Shown here: piece by piece, positions 41,038-52,600 of the stretch
How positions within the stretch are numbered: position 1 is the stretch's first letter
Layout of the letters: the number at the start of each line of letters is the position of its first letter
Source: an uncultured Planctomycetaceae bacterium
Lineage (GTDB): Bacteria > Planctomycetota > Phycisphaerae > SM23-33
Assembly: GCA_964536835.1 (NCBI GenBank)
Contig: CAZIAZ010000001.1
Coordinates: 49,525 to 113,524 of the forward strand
Length of the DNA stretch: 64,000 nt
Reading direction: 5' to 3'
Position numbers and translations under genes: made by a program
The notes under the pieces: generated by a model
What the model was told of the DNA's origin: nothing
Databases searched by the model: none
What the model saw: the letters and a program-made list of their open reading frames with translations, nothing else

Positions 41038-43794
41038 TTGAGACGTCTTGATAACGAATGGAGTTCAAAAGTGGCCGACGACGATCAGGAACAATACGAA
41101 GAGAACATGGATGGACAAAACCTGCCCGAAGATGACGGCGGCGATGACGACGATTCGCCGATAGTCGCAGCGATGTTCCCCGGCGAGCGCATAGACGAGC
41201 TTCCCATCGAAGAGGAAATGCGCGAGAGCTACCTCACCTACGCCATGAGTACCATCATGGACCGGGCATTGCCCGACGTTCGCGACGGGCTCAAGCCTTC
41301 TCAACGTCGCGTACTGGTAGCCATGAACGACCTTAACCTCGGCCCCCGCAGCAAGCATCGTAAGTGCGCAAAAATAGCAGGCGACACTTCCGGTAACTAT
41401 CATCCGCATGGCGAAGCAATAGTTTACCCAACTCTGGTACGGCTGGGTCAGCCGTGGAACATGCGATATCCGCTTATCGACCCGCAGGGCAATTTCGGTT
41501 CTATCGACGGCGATCCGCCGGCTGCCATGCGTTATACCGAAGCACGCATGAAAGCCCCAGCCATGGAATTGCTGGCTGACCTGAATCTGCAAACCGTGGA
41601 TTTGCAGCCGAATTACGACGATACCCGTACCGAGCCTACAGTTCTGCCGTCCAAATTTCCTAATCTGCTGGTCAACGGCTCACAGGGCATAGCAGTCGGC
41701 ATGGCCACCAGCATCCCGCCGCACAACGTTACGGAAATATGCGACGCGCTGGTAAAAATGATTGACAACCCGGACATAACCATCGATGAGCTTATGGAGA
41801 TTGTCAAGGGGCCGGATTTCCCGACGGGCGGTCTGATATGTGGCCGTCGCGGCATAGTGGAAGGTTACCACACCGGCAGAGGCCGGCTGTGCGTCCGCGC
41901 TAAAATGCATACCGAACAGACGCGGGGCGGCAAGGAACAGATTGTCATTACGGAAATACCTTACCAGGTTCTCAAAAGCACGATTATCGAGCACATCGCC
42001 GAAACTGTAAAAGCCGGCAAAATCCCCGACATCGCCGACGTACAGGATCACTCCGACCGTACCGGCATGCGAATAGTCGTGGACTTGAAGAAAGGCGCCG
42101 AATCGTCGGTCGTAATCAACCAGCTTTACAAATTTACGCCGCTCCAGAGCACTTTTAGCATAATCAACATCGCCCTTGTCAATCGTGCGCCTCGCACGCT
42201 GAATCTTCGCGACATGCTCTATTATTTCCTAGAGCATCGTAAGGACGTTATACGCCGCAGAACCATATTTCTGTTGCGTCGCGCACGTCAACGGGCACAC
42301 ATATTGGAAGGCCTGATACTCGCAGTAGCCGATATCGACGCCATTATAGAACTTATCAAGAAATCGCCCGACGTGCCGACCGCCAAAGAGCGGCTGATGA
42401 AATACCAGCTCAGCCTTACGGAAGACGCAACGGTAAGAAAACTTCTGCCCGACTCGTTCCTCAACCGCACGGTCGGCAAGCCGCAGAATCTTACCGGCGT
42501 ACAGGCTGACGCAATCCTGGCCATGCAGTTGCAGCGGCTGACCGGCCTTGAGATAGAGAAGCTCGCCAACGATTACTCCAGATTAACCGAGGAAATCGAA
42601 GGCTACGAAGCCATCCTCACTCAGGAATCGCTCCTGCTGGACGTCATCCGCGAAGATATTTTTGAGATAAAGGACAAATACGGCGATGAACGTCGCACGC
42701 AGATTGTCCAGGACGCGAATGAAATCGACATAGAAGACCTCATCGCCGAAGAAGACGTGGTAGTTACGCTATCGCACGAGGGCTACATCAAGCGTATGCC
42801 GGTTTCCACCTATCGCCGTCAGGGCCGCGGCGGCCAGGGCATAATCGGCGGCGAAAGCAAAGAGGGCGATTTCATCGAGCAGCTCTTTATCGCCTCCACG
42901 CACGATTACCTGCTGGTATTCCTGAACACCGGCAAGATGCACTGGCTGAAGGTCTACGACATCCCGTCGATGACCCGCACGAGCAAAGGCCGCGCAATCG
43001 TAAATCTGCTCCAGATGGAACAGAACGAAAAAATCTGCGCCGTCGTAAACGTCCGCGAATTTTCCGACGACAAGTACCTGTTCATCGCCACAAAAAAAGG
43101 ACAGGTCAAAAAGACCGAACTGTCTGCGTATGAAAACGTCCGCAAGGGCGGCCTTATTGCGACGGGCCTCAATGAAGGCGACCAGGTCATCGGCGTGGCG
43201 ATAACCAACGGCAATGACGAGATAGTTCTCGGCACGCGGGACGGCCAGGCGATTCGCTTCAAGGAATCCGACGTCAGACCGATGGGCCGAACGGCAGCCG
43301 GCGTACGCGGCATAAACATACGCGATGAAGATGAAGTAGTCGACATGGTCGTAGTCAATACACACGAGACGCTTCTGACGGTCTGCGAGAACGGCTACGG
43401 CAAGCGGACGGATTTTGACGAATACCGCATACAGGGCCGTGGCGGCAGCGGCATTATCAACATCAAGGCATCCGACCGTAACGGGCCGGTGGTGGCTATC
43501 AAGTCCATCCACGACGCCGACGAACTCATGATGATAACGCAGAACGGCAAAGTCGTACGAATAGCTGTCCGGGAGCTTCGCACCATAGGCCGCGCAACGC
43601 AGGGCGTCCGTGTCATATCGCTCAAACCAGGCGATAAACTCATGGCTGTCGCAAAAGTCGTTCCGGATGACGACGAAAACGCCAATCAGCATGAACTGCC
43701 TCTGACGCCTGCCGACCCGCAGCAGAAACTCATCCCCGATTCGTCTGAGCCGGAAGAAAACGGCTCTCCCGATACCGTGAATGACGAAGAATGA
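41038..43794 (+). CDS. gyrA: DNA gyrase subunit A with acidic N- and C-terminal extensions
   Basis: GyrA N-terminal blocks ([26 protein letters not shown], active-site Tyr region), GyrA-box beta-pinwheel repeats, and an acidic tail. The listed start is TTG at 41038; the first ATG is at 41092. Confidence 0.9.
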   Translation: MRRLDNEWSSKVADDDQEQYEENMDGQNLPEDDGGDDDDSPIVAAMFPGERIDELPIEEEMRESYLTYAMSTIMDRALPDVRDGLKPSQRRVLVAMNDLNLGPRSKHRKCAKIAGDTSGNYHPHGEAIVYPTLVRLGQPWNMRYPLIDPQGNFGSIDGDPPAAMRYTEARMKAPAMELLADLNLQTVDLQPNYDDTRTEPTVLPSKFPNLLVNGSQGIAVGMATSIPPHNVTEICDALVKMIDNPDITIDELMEIVKGPDFPTGGLICGRRGIVEGYHTGRGRLCVRAKMHTEQTRGGKEQIVITEIPYQVLKSTIIEHIAETVKAGKIPDIADVQDHSDRTGMRIVVDLKKGAESSVVINQLYKFTPLQSTFSIINIALVNRAPRTLNLRDMLYYFLEHRKDVIRRRTIFLLRRARQRAHILEGLILAVADIDAIIELIKKSPDVPTAKERLMKYQLSLTEDATVRKLLPDSFLNRTVGKPQNLTGVQADAILAMQLQRLTGLEIEKLANDYSRLTEEIEGYEAILTQESLLLDVIREDIFEIKDKYGDERRTQIVQDANEIDIEDLIAEEDVVVTLSHEGYIKRMPVSTYRRQGRGGQGIIGGESKEGDFIEQLFIASTHDYLLVFLNTGKMHWLKVYDIPSMTRTSKGRAIVNLLQMEQNEKICAVVNVREFSDDKYLFIATKKGQVKKTELSAYENVRKGGLIATGLNEGDQVIGVAITNGNDEIVLGTRDGQAIRFKESDVRPMGRTAAGVRGINIRDEDEVVDMVVVNTHETLLTVCENGYGKRTDFDEYRIQGRGGSGIINIKASDRNGPVVAIKSIHDADELMMITQNGKVVRIAVRELRTIGRATQGVRVISLKPGDKLMAVAKVVPDDDENANQHELPLTPADPQQKLIPDSSEPEENGSPDTVNDEE

Positions 43795-43820
43795 TTTGAT
43801 AATTTTTAAAAAACTTTCTG

Positions 43821-43861
43821 AAAAAAGCCGGTCGTTTTAATAAGACGACCGGCTTTTTTTG
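43821..43861. terminator. Bidirectional rho-independent terminator between convergent gyrA and glmS
   Basis: aaaaaa-gccggtcgt-tttaataa-gacgaccggc-ttttttt: a 9-10 bp GC stem flanked by an A-run and a T-run. Confidence 0.8.
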
Positions 43862-43895
43862 TGTCCATTTATTTTCAGGGCGGTTCCCTGGGACG

Positions 43896-45752
43896 TTATT
43901 CGACGGTTACGCTCTTTGCCAGGTTGCGCGGCTGGTCTATCTCACAGCCGCGAGCGGCTGCTATATGATATGCCAGCATCTGCAGCGCAACGACAGTGGT
44001 TATTGGCGCGGCATATTTCGACGTCCGCGGCAGATATATCACATCGTTGGCATGCTGAGCCACTTCCGTATCGCCCGCCGTCGCAGTCGCGATAATCGGC
44101 GCTTTGCGTGCCCGACATTCCTGCATATTGCCGATAATTTTGTCTTTTCCCGGCAAATCGTTAGCCAACGCCACCACCGGCACTTTTTCTTCCAGCAATG
44201 CAATAGGCCCGTGCTTGAGTTCGGCGGCGTGATAACCTTCGGCATGAATGTAGCTGATTTCCTTGAGTTTCAGCGCACCCTCCATAGCCACCGGATACAG
44301 ATATCCACGGCCGATGAAGAAGAAATCATGGGCCTGCGCATATTTTTTGGCTATTTTCTTTATGTCGTCATTCCGTTCAAGTACCTGTTCGACGTAAGAG
44401 GGGATTTTTAAAATTTCTTCGCAAAGTTCCATGCCGTCGGTGCGGCTAAGACGGCGGCATCGCCCGAATTTCAACGCCATCAATAGCATTACCGACACCT
44501 GACAGGTGAACGCTTTGGTGGAGGCGACGCCTATTTCCGGGCCGGCGTGCAGATAAACGCCGCGGCCGGCTTCACGGGCGATGGTCGAGCCGACAACATT
44601 GCACAAGCCCGCCACCATAGCCCCCTTCATTTTTGCCTCGCGGACAGCAGCCAGCGTATCCGCCGTTTCGCCGGACTGGCTGACGGCTATCACGAAATCG
44701 CGGCTGGTGACTATAGGATTGCGATAGCGGAACTCAGCCGCCTGTTCCACGTCGGTAAGCATGTCGGCGAGATCTTCAAAGAAATATTTGCCCACCATGC
44801 CGGCGTGCATTGACGTCCCGCACGCCAGGACGATAATGCGGTTGAATTCCGCCATTTCCCTCGGCGTGAGAGCAAGGCCCGACAGCACCGCCGAGCCGAA
44901 GGTCTCATCCACGCGGCCACGAATGGCATTACGGATGGCGTCTGGCTGTTCGAATATCTCCTTAAGCATGAAATGTTCGTAACCGCCTTTCTGGGCGGCG
45001 GAGTCTTCCCAGTCCAGAGACGCCACTTCACGCGAGACGGGCACGTTATCGATGTTGCGGATGTCGACCTTTTTGGCAGTTATAGTAGCCACGTCGTCGT
45101 CGTTGAGATAGATAACGCTGTTGGTGTGCGAAATAATCGCCGACGCATCGCTGGCGACAATCGTTTCGCCGTCGCCGACGCCGATGACTATCGGGCTGCC
45201 GCGCCTTGCGACTATTATTGCGTTGGGGATGTCCTTGCACGCCAGCGCTATGCCGAACGTGCCTTCAGCCATCCTTAACGCCGCACAGACCGCCTGAACG
45301 AGCTTTTCCAGCCCTTTGCCGTCAGCTATATAATGCTCGCCGATAAGGTGACAGAGAACCTCGCTATCGGTATCGGACGTAAAGACGTGGCCTTTCGCCT
45401 GCAACTGTTTTTTCAGGTCGGAATAATTGTCGATAATGCCGTTGTGCACCATCGCAAGGCCGGCTTTGGGGTCTACGTGTGGATGCGCGTTTGCCTGCGT
45501 CGGCAGGCCATGCGTAGCCCAGCGGGTGTGCGCTATGCCCAACTTGGCTGACGACACAATATCATCGGCATTAGCGAAAACGAATTCACTCAGATTTCGA
45601 ACCTTGCCGGGCTGTTTGAAGACGTCCATCTTCCCGTCGTCCAGCAGCGCAATGCCGGCTGAATCATACCCGCGATACTCCAACCTCTGCAAGCCGCCGA
45701 GCAGCACTTCCGTCGCCTGCCTGTGTCCTATATAACCAACTATTCCGCACAT
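43896..45752 (-). CDS. glmS: Glutamine--fructose-6-phosphate aminotransferase
   Basis: MCGIVGYIG N-terminus (Ntn Cys), two SIS domains, and C-terminal …AKSVTVE. Confidence 0.95.
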   Translation of the reverse strand: MCGIVGYIGHRQATEVLLGGLQRLEYRGYDSAGIALLDDGKMDVFKQPGKVRNLSEFVFANADDIVSSAKLGIAHTRWATHGLPTQANAHPHVDPKAGLAMVHNGIIDNYSDLKKQLQAKGHVFTSDTDSEVLCHLIGEHYIADGKGLEKLVQAVCAALRMAEGTFGIALACKDIPNAIIVARRGSPIVIGVGDGETIVASDASAIISHTNSVIYLNDDDVATITAKKVDIRNIDNVPVSREVASLDWEDSAAQKGGYEHFMLKEIFEQPDAIRNAIRGRVDETFGSAVLSGLALTPREMAEFNRIIVLACGTSMHAGMVGKYFFEDLADMLTDVEQAAEFRYRNPIVTSRDFVIAVSQSGETADTLAAVREAKMKGAMVAGLCNVVGSTIAREAGRGVYLHAGPEIGVASTKAFTCQVSVMLLMALKFGRCRRLSRTDGMELCEEILKIPSYVEQVLERNDDIKKIAKKYAQAHDFFFIGRGYLYPVAMEGALKLKEISYIHAEGYHAAELKHGPIALLEEKVPVVALANDLPGKDKIIGNMQECRARKAPIIATATAGDTEVAQHANDVIYLPRTSKYAAPITTVVALQMLAYHIAAARGCEIDQPRNLAKSVTVE

Positions 45753-45906
45753 TCATATATCTCCAAATTTTTTACTTTTTTAATAACACCTCAAAATGAC
45801 GGATTCACTTTACCAGACCTGATAACGCAAATTGTTCACTTTGAGAATTTTTTTAAATCTTTAAATTTAAATTTTGAAAAATTTAAAAATTTACAATTTT
45901 AAAAAA

Positions 45907-46806
45907 TCATGCGGTGACATCATATTTTACTATTGCACCAGGCAGTGTCGAACAGCCGGCCCATATCTTTCGGCCCGGATAAATGCTCGTATGTATGCCG
46001 GTGTGGACTCCGTCACCGATGATGCTGCCGAATTTCCGACGGCCGGTATCGACGAGCTTTTCGCCGACCATCGAGCGATGATTCCTGCCGTCATGCCGGA
46101 AATTCGACGTTATCGTACCTGCGCCGAAATTCGTTTTTTCGCCGGCAATGGTATCGCCGCAATAACTCAGATGGCCGACGCTTACCCTGTCGTACAATAT
46201 CGAGTTCTTGACTTCCACGGCATTGCCGACATGGCAGTTATCGCCGATGGCGGTATAACCACGGATGTAGCAGTTCGGCCCGATATTGCAGTTTTTTCCG
46301 ATAATCACATTGCCTTCGATAACCACGCCAGGCAATATCCGGCTGCCTTCGCCGTAAACAAGATTACCCATGACAAGGACGCCTGGCAGATTTATAGGCT
46401 GGGCATGCAGGTCAGCCAGCAGCATCTCGTTGAGTTTGAGCAAATCCCAGGGATATTTTAGAAAAATATCGCCGTCGGCGGCAGTTATACTTTCCGCATC
46501 ATCGCACATGGAATCACCGGCAGACAGCCACGCCAGAAGATTTTGGGCTGAGTCGACAATTCTCATCGGCTTTTTTGCAGCCGCCAGTTTTTTGAGCGTA
46601 TCTGCGCCCAGATACGCACTGCCGCACACGTTCAGTAACAATTCGCCATCGGCAGCATCGCCGAATTCAAAATCCGCCGCAGTCAACGCCGCAGTCTGCA
46701 GTTCGATAATAGATTTGTTGGCAACACGCATTTCACTGACGTTTCGCGTACAGCTCAGCGGCTGCATAGTCTGCGGCCGGCCGGCATCTGTTATTTTTAC
46801 CTTCAT
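45907..46806 (-). CDS. Left-handed beta-helix acetyltransferase resembling the C-terminal two-thirds of GlmU, lacking the N-terminal uridyltransferase motif
   Basis: Hexapeptide repeats ([LIV]-G-x-x-x-x) run through the C-terminal 170 aa. The PWDLLKLNE linker resembles the end of a nucleotidyltransferase domain, but there is no GxGTRM motif. The ATG overlaps the glmM stop (ATGA). Confidence 0.55.
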   Translation of the reverse strand: MKVKITDAGRPQTMQPLSCTRNVSEMRVANKSIIELQTAALTAADFEFGDAADGELLLNVCGSAYLGADTLKKLAAAKKPMRIVDSAQNLLAWLSAGDSMCDDAESITAADGDIFLKYPWDLLKLNEMLLADLHAQPINLPGVLVMGNLVYGEGSRILPGVVIEGNVIIGKNCNIGPNCYIRGYTAIGDNCHVGNAVEVKNSILYDRVSVGHLSYCGDTIAGEKTNFGAGTITSNFRHDGRNHRSMVGEKLVDTGRRKFGSIIGDGVHTGIHTSIYPGRKIWAGCSTLPGAIVKYDVTA

Positions 46807-48158
46807 GCCCCTATCTCCTGCCGGATGGCGGAAACAATCCTGTCTGTCCAGGTATCGACAAGGTTGCTGTCCGACGCCTCAACCAACAGCCGCATTTTCA
46901 TTTCAGTACCGCTGTAGCGAATGATGACTCTGCCGTTATCGCCCAGCGAGGAGCGACATTCCTTAACGTGCGCATTTACAATCGGCAGTTCGTCGAGCGG
47001 TTTTTTTTCGCGAACGTAAACGCCTTCAAGCCGTTTGGGAAATTCTCTCATGCAGTCAGCCAGTTGCGAAATCTTTTTGCCGGTGCGTTTCATCAGATTC
47101 ATCACCGACAGCGCCGTTATTATTCCGTCGCCGGTGGTGGCGTAATCCAATACGATGACATGGCCTGATTCCTCACCGCCCAGGTTGTATTTTTTCTCAA
47201 GCATGCGTTCGATTACATACCTGTCGCCGACGTCAGTCGTCTCGACCTTTATGCCGGCGGCGTGCATGGCCTGATGCAAGCCGAGATTGCTCATCGACGT
47301 TACGACCAGCGTATCTTTCGCCAGCCTGCCGCTTTTTTTGAAATCCAGCGCCAACATCGCAAGCACGCGGTCGCCGTTTATCAGATGGCCGTTTTCATCA
47401 GAAAAAATCACACGGTCTGCATCGCCGTCAAATGCAATTCCGATATCCGCGCCGGTTTCAACGACTTTTCTGGCCATCATCTGCGGATGCATGGCGCCAC
47501 AGTTTTCGTTTATGTTCAGCCCGTCCGGCGAGGCTGCCATTTTTATGACTTTCGCCCCAAGCTCGCAAAATATCCACGGCCCAAGCAGATAACTCGCGCC
47601 GTTGGCGCAATCGAGCACTATTTTCATATCGCGTATATTTTCCGAACGGATGGCGCTTTTGGCGAACTCGATATAGCGGCCCCTGGCGTCCTCGATGCGC
47701 CTGGCTTGGCCGAGTTTGGGGGCATCTTCATCGCTGGGCTGAAGATCGCCGTCGAAAATGTAGCCCTCAATTTCCTCTTCGGCGGCGTCATTCAGTTTAA
47801 ATCCGTCGGCATTGAAGATTTTTATGCCGTTATCCGTATACGGATTATGCGAAGCGGTTATCATGAATCCTGCGATACACGCCAGCGATTTAGTCAGGTG
47901 TGCCACTGCCGGCGTCGGCACAGGGCCGACCAGGAAAACATCCATGCCCATCGAAACCAGGCCGCTCGTAAGGGCATTTTCCAACATGTACCCGCTCAGC
48001 CGCGTATCCTTGCCGATAACCACACGCTGCCCGAATCCGCCGATAGCCTTAAAATGTTTGCCAACAGCCTTGCCGAGCTTGAGCGCAATTTCGGGGTTCA
48101 CCGGATAGGTGTTAGCCCGCCCGCGTATGCCGTCCGTACCGAATAATTTTCTCGCCAT
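46803..48158 (-). CDS. glmM: Phosphoglucosamine mutase
   Basis: MARKLFGTDGIRG start, active-site Ser in the TASHNP block, 451 aa. Confidence 0.9.
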   Translation of the reverse strand: MARKLFGTDGIRGRANTYPVNPEIALKLGKAVGKHFKAIGGFGQRVVIGKDTRLSGYMLENALTSGLVSMGMDVFLVGPVPTPAVAHLTKSLACIAGFMITASHNPYTDNGIKIFNADGFKLNDAAEEEIEGYIFDGDLQPSDEDAPKLGQARRIEDARGRYIEFAKSAIRSENIRDMKIVLDCANGASYLLGPWIFCELGAKVIKMAASPDGLNINENCGAMHPQMMARKVVETGADIGIAFDGDADRVIFSDENGHLINGDRVLAMLALDFKKSGRLAKDTLVVTSMSNLGLHQAMHAAGIKVETTDVGDRYVIERMLEKKYNLGGEESGHVIVLDYATTGDGIITALSVMNLMKRTGKKISQLADCMREFPKRLEGVYVREKKPLDELPIVNAHVKECRSSLGDNGRVIIRYSGTEMKMRLLVEASDSNLVDTWTDRIVSAIRQEIGA

Positions 48159-48657
48159 TTGTCCTGCCTTCCAAAATCCTTTTCCCCATACTTCATATTA
48201 AAGTATAGGTCTCATACGATAAATTAATGATAACAAAGAAATTGTTAAATACAATAATTTTTAACATCTTTAGAATAAACATGTTATGTTTTATATGCAG
48301 CGTTTTAGTTAAAAACTTACCCCAAACATCCGTCAGTCGCAACTTGCACGGCTGCCGGAAACCAAGTTTTAGCCTTATTTTAAAGGATTCTCAGCAATAA
48401 ACTTAATTCCAAAAAAGGTCTCCTTTTAAATCTTACACGTTTTCAGCCGCCAGCCTAATCAGCGTAATAGTTAAAAATAATTTACATAACTCCTTATTAT
48501 ACAAGGTCCGATATTTTTTCATGGTATTTTTGTTAACAGGCTTATTCAAACAAAAAAACCGCAGGCAACCACGTTCAGGGATAATTCAAAATCGGGGAAC
48601 ATTTTCAGCCCGATATCATCCAAGTATTTAGATGTGTATTTTAAGGAGACAGCGAAA

Positions 48658-49614
48658 ATGTCAATCGCAATCGACAGCCAGCCGCTTCAGGAACAGGAAA
48701 GTCAACGAATGATGGCACTTATAGCAAAGGCAGCGCCCTGGACTCTCAGTGCGTTACTGCATGTCGCCATTTTGCTGGTGCTGCTGTTCACGGTATTTTT
48801 CACAATTAACGATATCCCGCCGGCGGAATTAGATATACGGACGGAATTCTGGGCTGAAACAAAACCCATTATAGCTGCCTCGCCAATGGCCGCCGCTGCC
48901 ACGTCTATGAATAAACATTCCATAAACCCGAGGGCAGATAAAGCTCTTCCGGTCGCCATTAAAAAACTGCCGCCAATTATCGCCAAAAAAAACTTAAACA
49001 ATGCTCAGCTTTCTTTGAATAATCCGATATCGAATTCGGCATTTGACATGCATATTTCAGCCGGAAGCGATAAATGCTTTTTTGATGATAATGCCGGCAA
49101 AACAGGCCGCGCGGATAACATCGTATACGTCATCGATGCCTCCGGTTCGATGATGCTTTCCGGCGCAGCGCAAGCCGTTCGGGATGAACTTTACAGGGTA
49201 TTGGGCCGATTGTCGAAAAAACAGTTTTTCGGAATAATCTTTTTCACCGGCAGCCGGACGTTGACGTTTCACAAAAAACTGCTTGCGGCCAATTCCCGAA
49301 ATATTTATGCCGCGGTGGATTTTTCTCAAGGCATTGCAAGCACCGGCCCGAGCGATGCCTGCGACGCAGTACGTCAGGCATTTGCATTATTGAAAAATTC
49401 GCCGAAAAAACGCAACCTGATATGCCTGCTCAGTGACGGCGAACTGAAAGATTCCGTGAAAGTACAAACATTAATCAGAGAACTCAATCGCGGCGGCAAT
49501 GTACGAATCAATACCATTTTGAGCGGCAGCAGGGAATCAGCGGCTATGCAATCCATGCGTGCAATCGCAGCCGGCAACGGCGGAACGTTTAAATACGTCG
49601 ACCTGACAGACTAA
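48658..49614 (+). CDS. Membrane-anchored von Willebrand factor A domain protein
   Basis: TM helix, then a MIDAS motif DASGSM with downstream T and D ligands. AAGGAG lies 8 bp upstream of the ATG at 48658. Confidence 0.65.
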   Translation: MSIAIDSQPLQEQESQRMMALIAKAAPWTLSALLHVAILLVLLFTVFFTINDIPPAELDIRTEFWAETKPIIAASPMAAAATSMNKHSINPRADKALPVAIKKLPPIIAKKNLNNAQLSLNNPISNSAFDMHISAGSDKCFFDDNAGKTGRADNIVYVIDASGSMMLSGAAQAVRDELYRVLGRLSKKQFFGIIFFTGSRTLTFHKKLLAANSRNIYAAVDFSQGIASTGPSDACDAVRQAFALLKNSPKKRNLICLLSDGELKDSVKVQTLIRELNRGGNVRINTILSGSRESAAMQSMRAIAAGNGGTFKYVDLTD

Positions 49615-49639
49615 AGTTTTTATAATCTGGAAAATGTAA

Positions 49640-52600
49640 CTATATGGTTTTACGTCGCAGAGTCGATGATATGGCACGGGCGGCTTTGCGGCCTGAGTCG
49701 ATAGCCGTTGCAACATAGGCCGAGCCGGTCGCCAAATCACCTGCTATGAACACTCGCGAATTGGTGGTCGTATATTTGCCAGGAATAATCACACTGCCGC
49801 GGTTGTCCGTCTGTATTTTCAAATCTTTCGCAAGATTTGACGGAATCTGCGGCAGAAAACCTGCTGCGATTATGACGATATCGGCGGCGATTGAAAACTC
49901 ACTGCCGTCGACTTTCTCCATAACCGGGCCTTTCGCCGTCGGCCTATATTCCACCCGCAGAGCCTTAACGCCCGTAACACTGCCGCTTTGCGACGTAAAT
50001 TCAGTCGCCCTGACCTGCCACATGCGTTTGACGGCTGGATTTTCATCCAGCACCGCCGTCATGTCCTGCGGCAGAATTTCAAGCTGATAAACTTCCTTCG
50101 CGCCCTGCCGCATCGCCGTTTCCACGCAATCTTCGCCGGTAAGGCCGCCGCCTATGACAACCACCGTCTTGCCTGAGGCGGAAATAGACGGCTGTGATTT
50201 TTCGACATCCGCGCGATTCTGGCTGCCGAGATAGTCCAGCGCGAAATGAATATTCGCCGCCGCTCTGCCGGGCAGATCAAGTTCGCGCGGCACTATAGCA
50301 CCGCAGGCCAGACAGACAACATCGAAATCATGCAACAGCGATTCGCCTGAAACATCCCTGCCGACTTCCACGCCGTACATGAATTGCACGCCTTCCTGGC
50401 GGAGTTGTTCGATGCGTCGATCTATAAGCTGCTTGGCCAATCTTGCAGCCGGCACGCCGACCCGCAACATGCCGCCTGCCGCATCGTTCTTTTCAAACAC
50501 AGTCACTGTATGGCCTGTGCGGCAGAGCTGCTGCGCAGCAGCCAGGCCGGCCGGCCCGCTACCTATCACCGCAATATTTTTGCCCGTCGCTCCACGCGGT
50601 TTGAACGGCTGGACCCAGCCCTGTTCGAAGGCGCGGTCGATTATCTCCCGCTCCATTTCCCGAACCTGCACGGAATATCCGCCGATACCCTGATGGCAGT
50701 TCTGCTCGCAGAACGCAGGACAGATGCCTGCGGTAAATTCCGGAAAATTGTTCTTTTCCGCAAGTTTAGCGTAGGCGACTTTCCATTTGCCTTCGCGAGC
50801 CAGGCTAATCCATTTCGGCACATCGTTGCCGAGCGGACAGCCCTGCTGGGAACACGATGGCATATAGCAATTCTGGCACAAAGGCCCGGAAAGCAGACGC
50901 ACCTGACGACGATATTCTTCGGCATCGCCGAATGCGAATCGACTGGTCAGATTGATGTATTCTTCTCGGAAGCCGTATTCTTGCGGCATGAAAAATCTTG
51001 TAACGGAACGAATGAACCGCATCCGTCGCAAGATTTTCAGCTGCCAATCATATACGCTGAAACGAATCTGTTTTTCCCATGAGCCGATTTTTATATGACG
51101 CTTCCAGAGATGACGGTAAATAATTCTGTCGCCGTTAGCCGGATTGACGTTGTATTTTTCGGCATCGCGACGATATTTTTCATGGCTGGTGGAAAGTTCG
51201 GCTTTGAATACGGCATCCTTTATGAGCATCGCCTGCGCCAGATTTTTCACTACAGCGCCGGATGCGGCATAACCGTATTCCGGCCGGTCTTTTTCGCAAA
51301 TGTTCCGAACGAGATTTACGTACTGTCTACAATAATCCACGCCGCCCCACCGGACGCAATCATAAGCGCGAATTACGATATCCCGCAAAATGGTTTGGTT
51401 GAATTCGCGAAGTTTTTCCAGCAACGAAACCAGCATGTCGCGAAACTCGGCAACCGCCTGAGCGTTTTTGCCGAATCGACGCTGAAGTTCGCGGGCTTTA
51501 TCGTCCAACGTCTCACGCCATGTCGTGCGTTTGTGCGGGCCCTGGAACAGGTCCGGACTGTCAACGAGTTTTCGGCCCATATTGAATGCGTAAAGATTCT
51601 TTTTGAAATCGACGCGTATCGTATCCTTTATTGCCCAGGCCATCGAATGCATGGAAACCGGAATCAGTCCCTGCTGGAAAGCGTAACCGAGCATCATCAC
51701 GTTGGCATACAGCCTGCTTCCTAGATATTTTTCGCAGATTCGTGAAATATTGCGAGCGAGAAATTCATCGCCGCGCGTATTAGCCTGTATCAGCCGCACG
51801 AGTTCATCCGTGTCGAAATCCTCGCGTCCCATAATGCCGGCGATGGTTTGCACTTTGTCCATATTGATGACAGCCGCCGTTTTATCTTTGCTTATTACAC
51901 GGACGCGGTTTTTCGGGTCGAGGATTCTGGCGGCTTCAAGGACGTCCACGCCGATGAGCAGGTCGGCTTTGCCGTGCGGTATTACAGCGGTGACCGGCTG
52001 TTGCGTGAGGTTGAACGTCACCTGAGAAAACACTCCGCCGTTGCGGATAGCCATGCCCTTGCGATCCATGAATATGACGCGATAGCCTTCATTATGGCCG
52101 GCTCGCACAAGTATGCTGGTCGCCAGGCCTATGCCCATGCCGCCCACACCCGTCAGGCAGCATCGCCAGACATCTTCCGTCGGACGCTTGCGAGGTTCGG
52201 GAATATTGTCCAGGTCGAGTTCGGGCACTCTGCTTCTGGGCTGAGCCTTGCGCTTGACTACAACTCGCTCGAACGCATCGCACTCGCCGATACGTTCACA
52301 TGCGCCGTCGGCGACGCAGTTGCTCAGGTCGGTGTCCATCTTTACGCCATAATCCGTCTGTACGTGTTTCAGACCCGGACAGCCGGTAAGCTTCGTACAA
52401 GCCAGACAGAAACGACAGATTTCCTGGTTGATGTTCATATGCTCCCTGGCCGGCAGGAAGCCTTTGCTCTTTATGACATCGCGCTCGAAACGGCGTAACC
52501 GGCGGGTTCTGGTTATGCCGCACTCCTTGTCCGCGATAATTATCTTGACGCCCGGCATAAGAAACGTACGTTCTAGAAGTTCGCGATATTCACCCCGTCT

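Noticed and set aside
42769-43692. 307-aa ORF on the minus strand
   Set aside because: Lies entirely inside gyrA on the opposite strand. Low-complexity translation.
47262-48146. 294-aa ORF on the plus strand
   Set aside because: Antisense to glmM. Shadow ORF.
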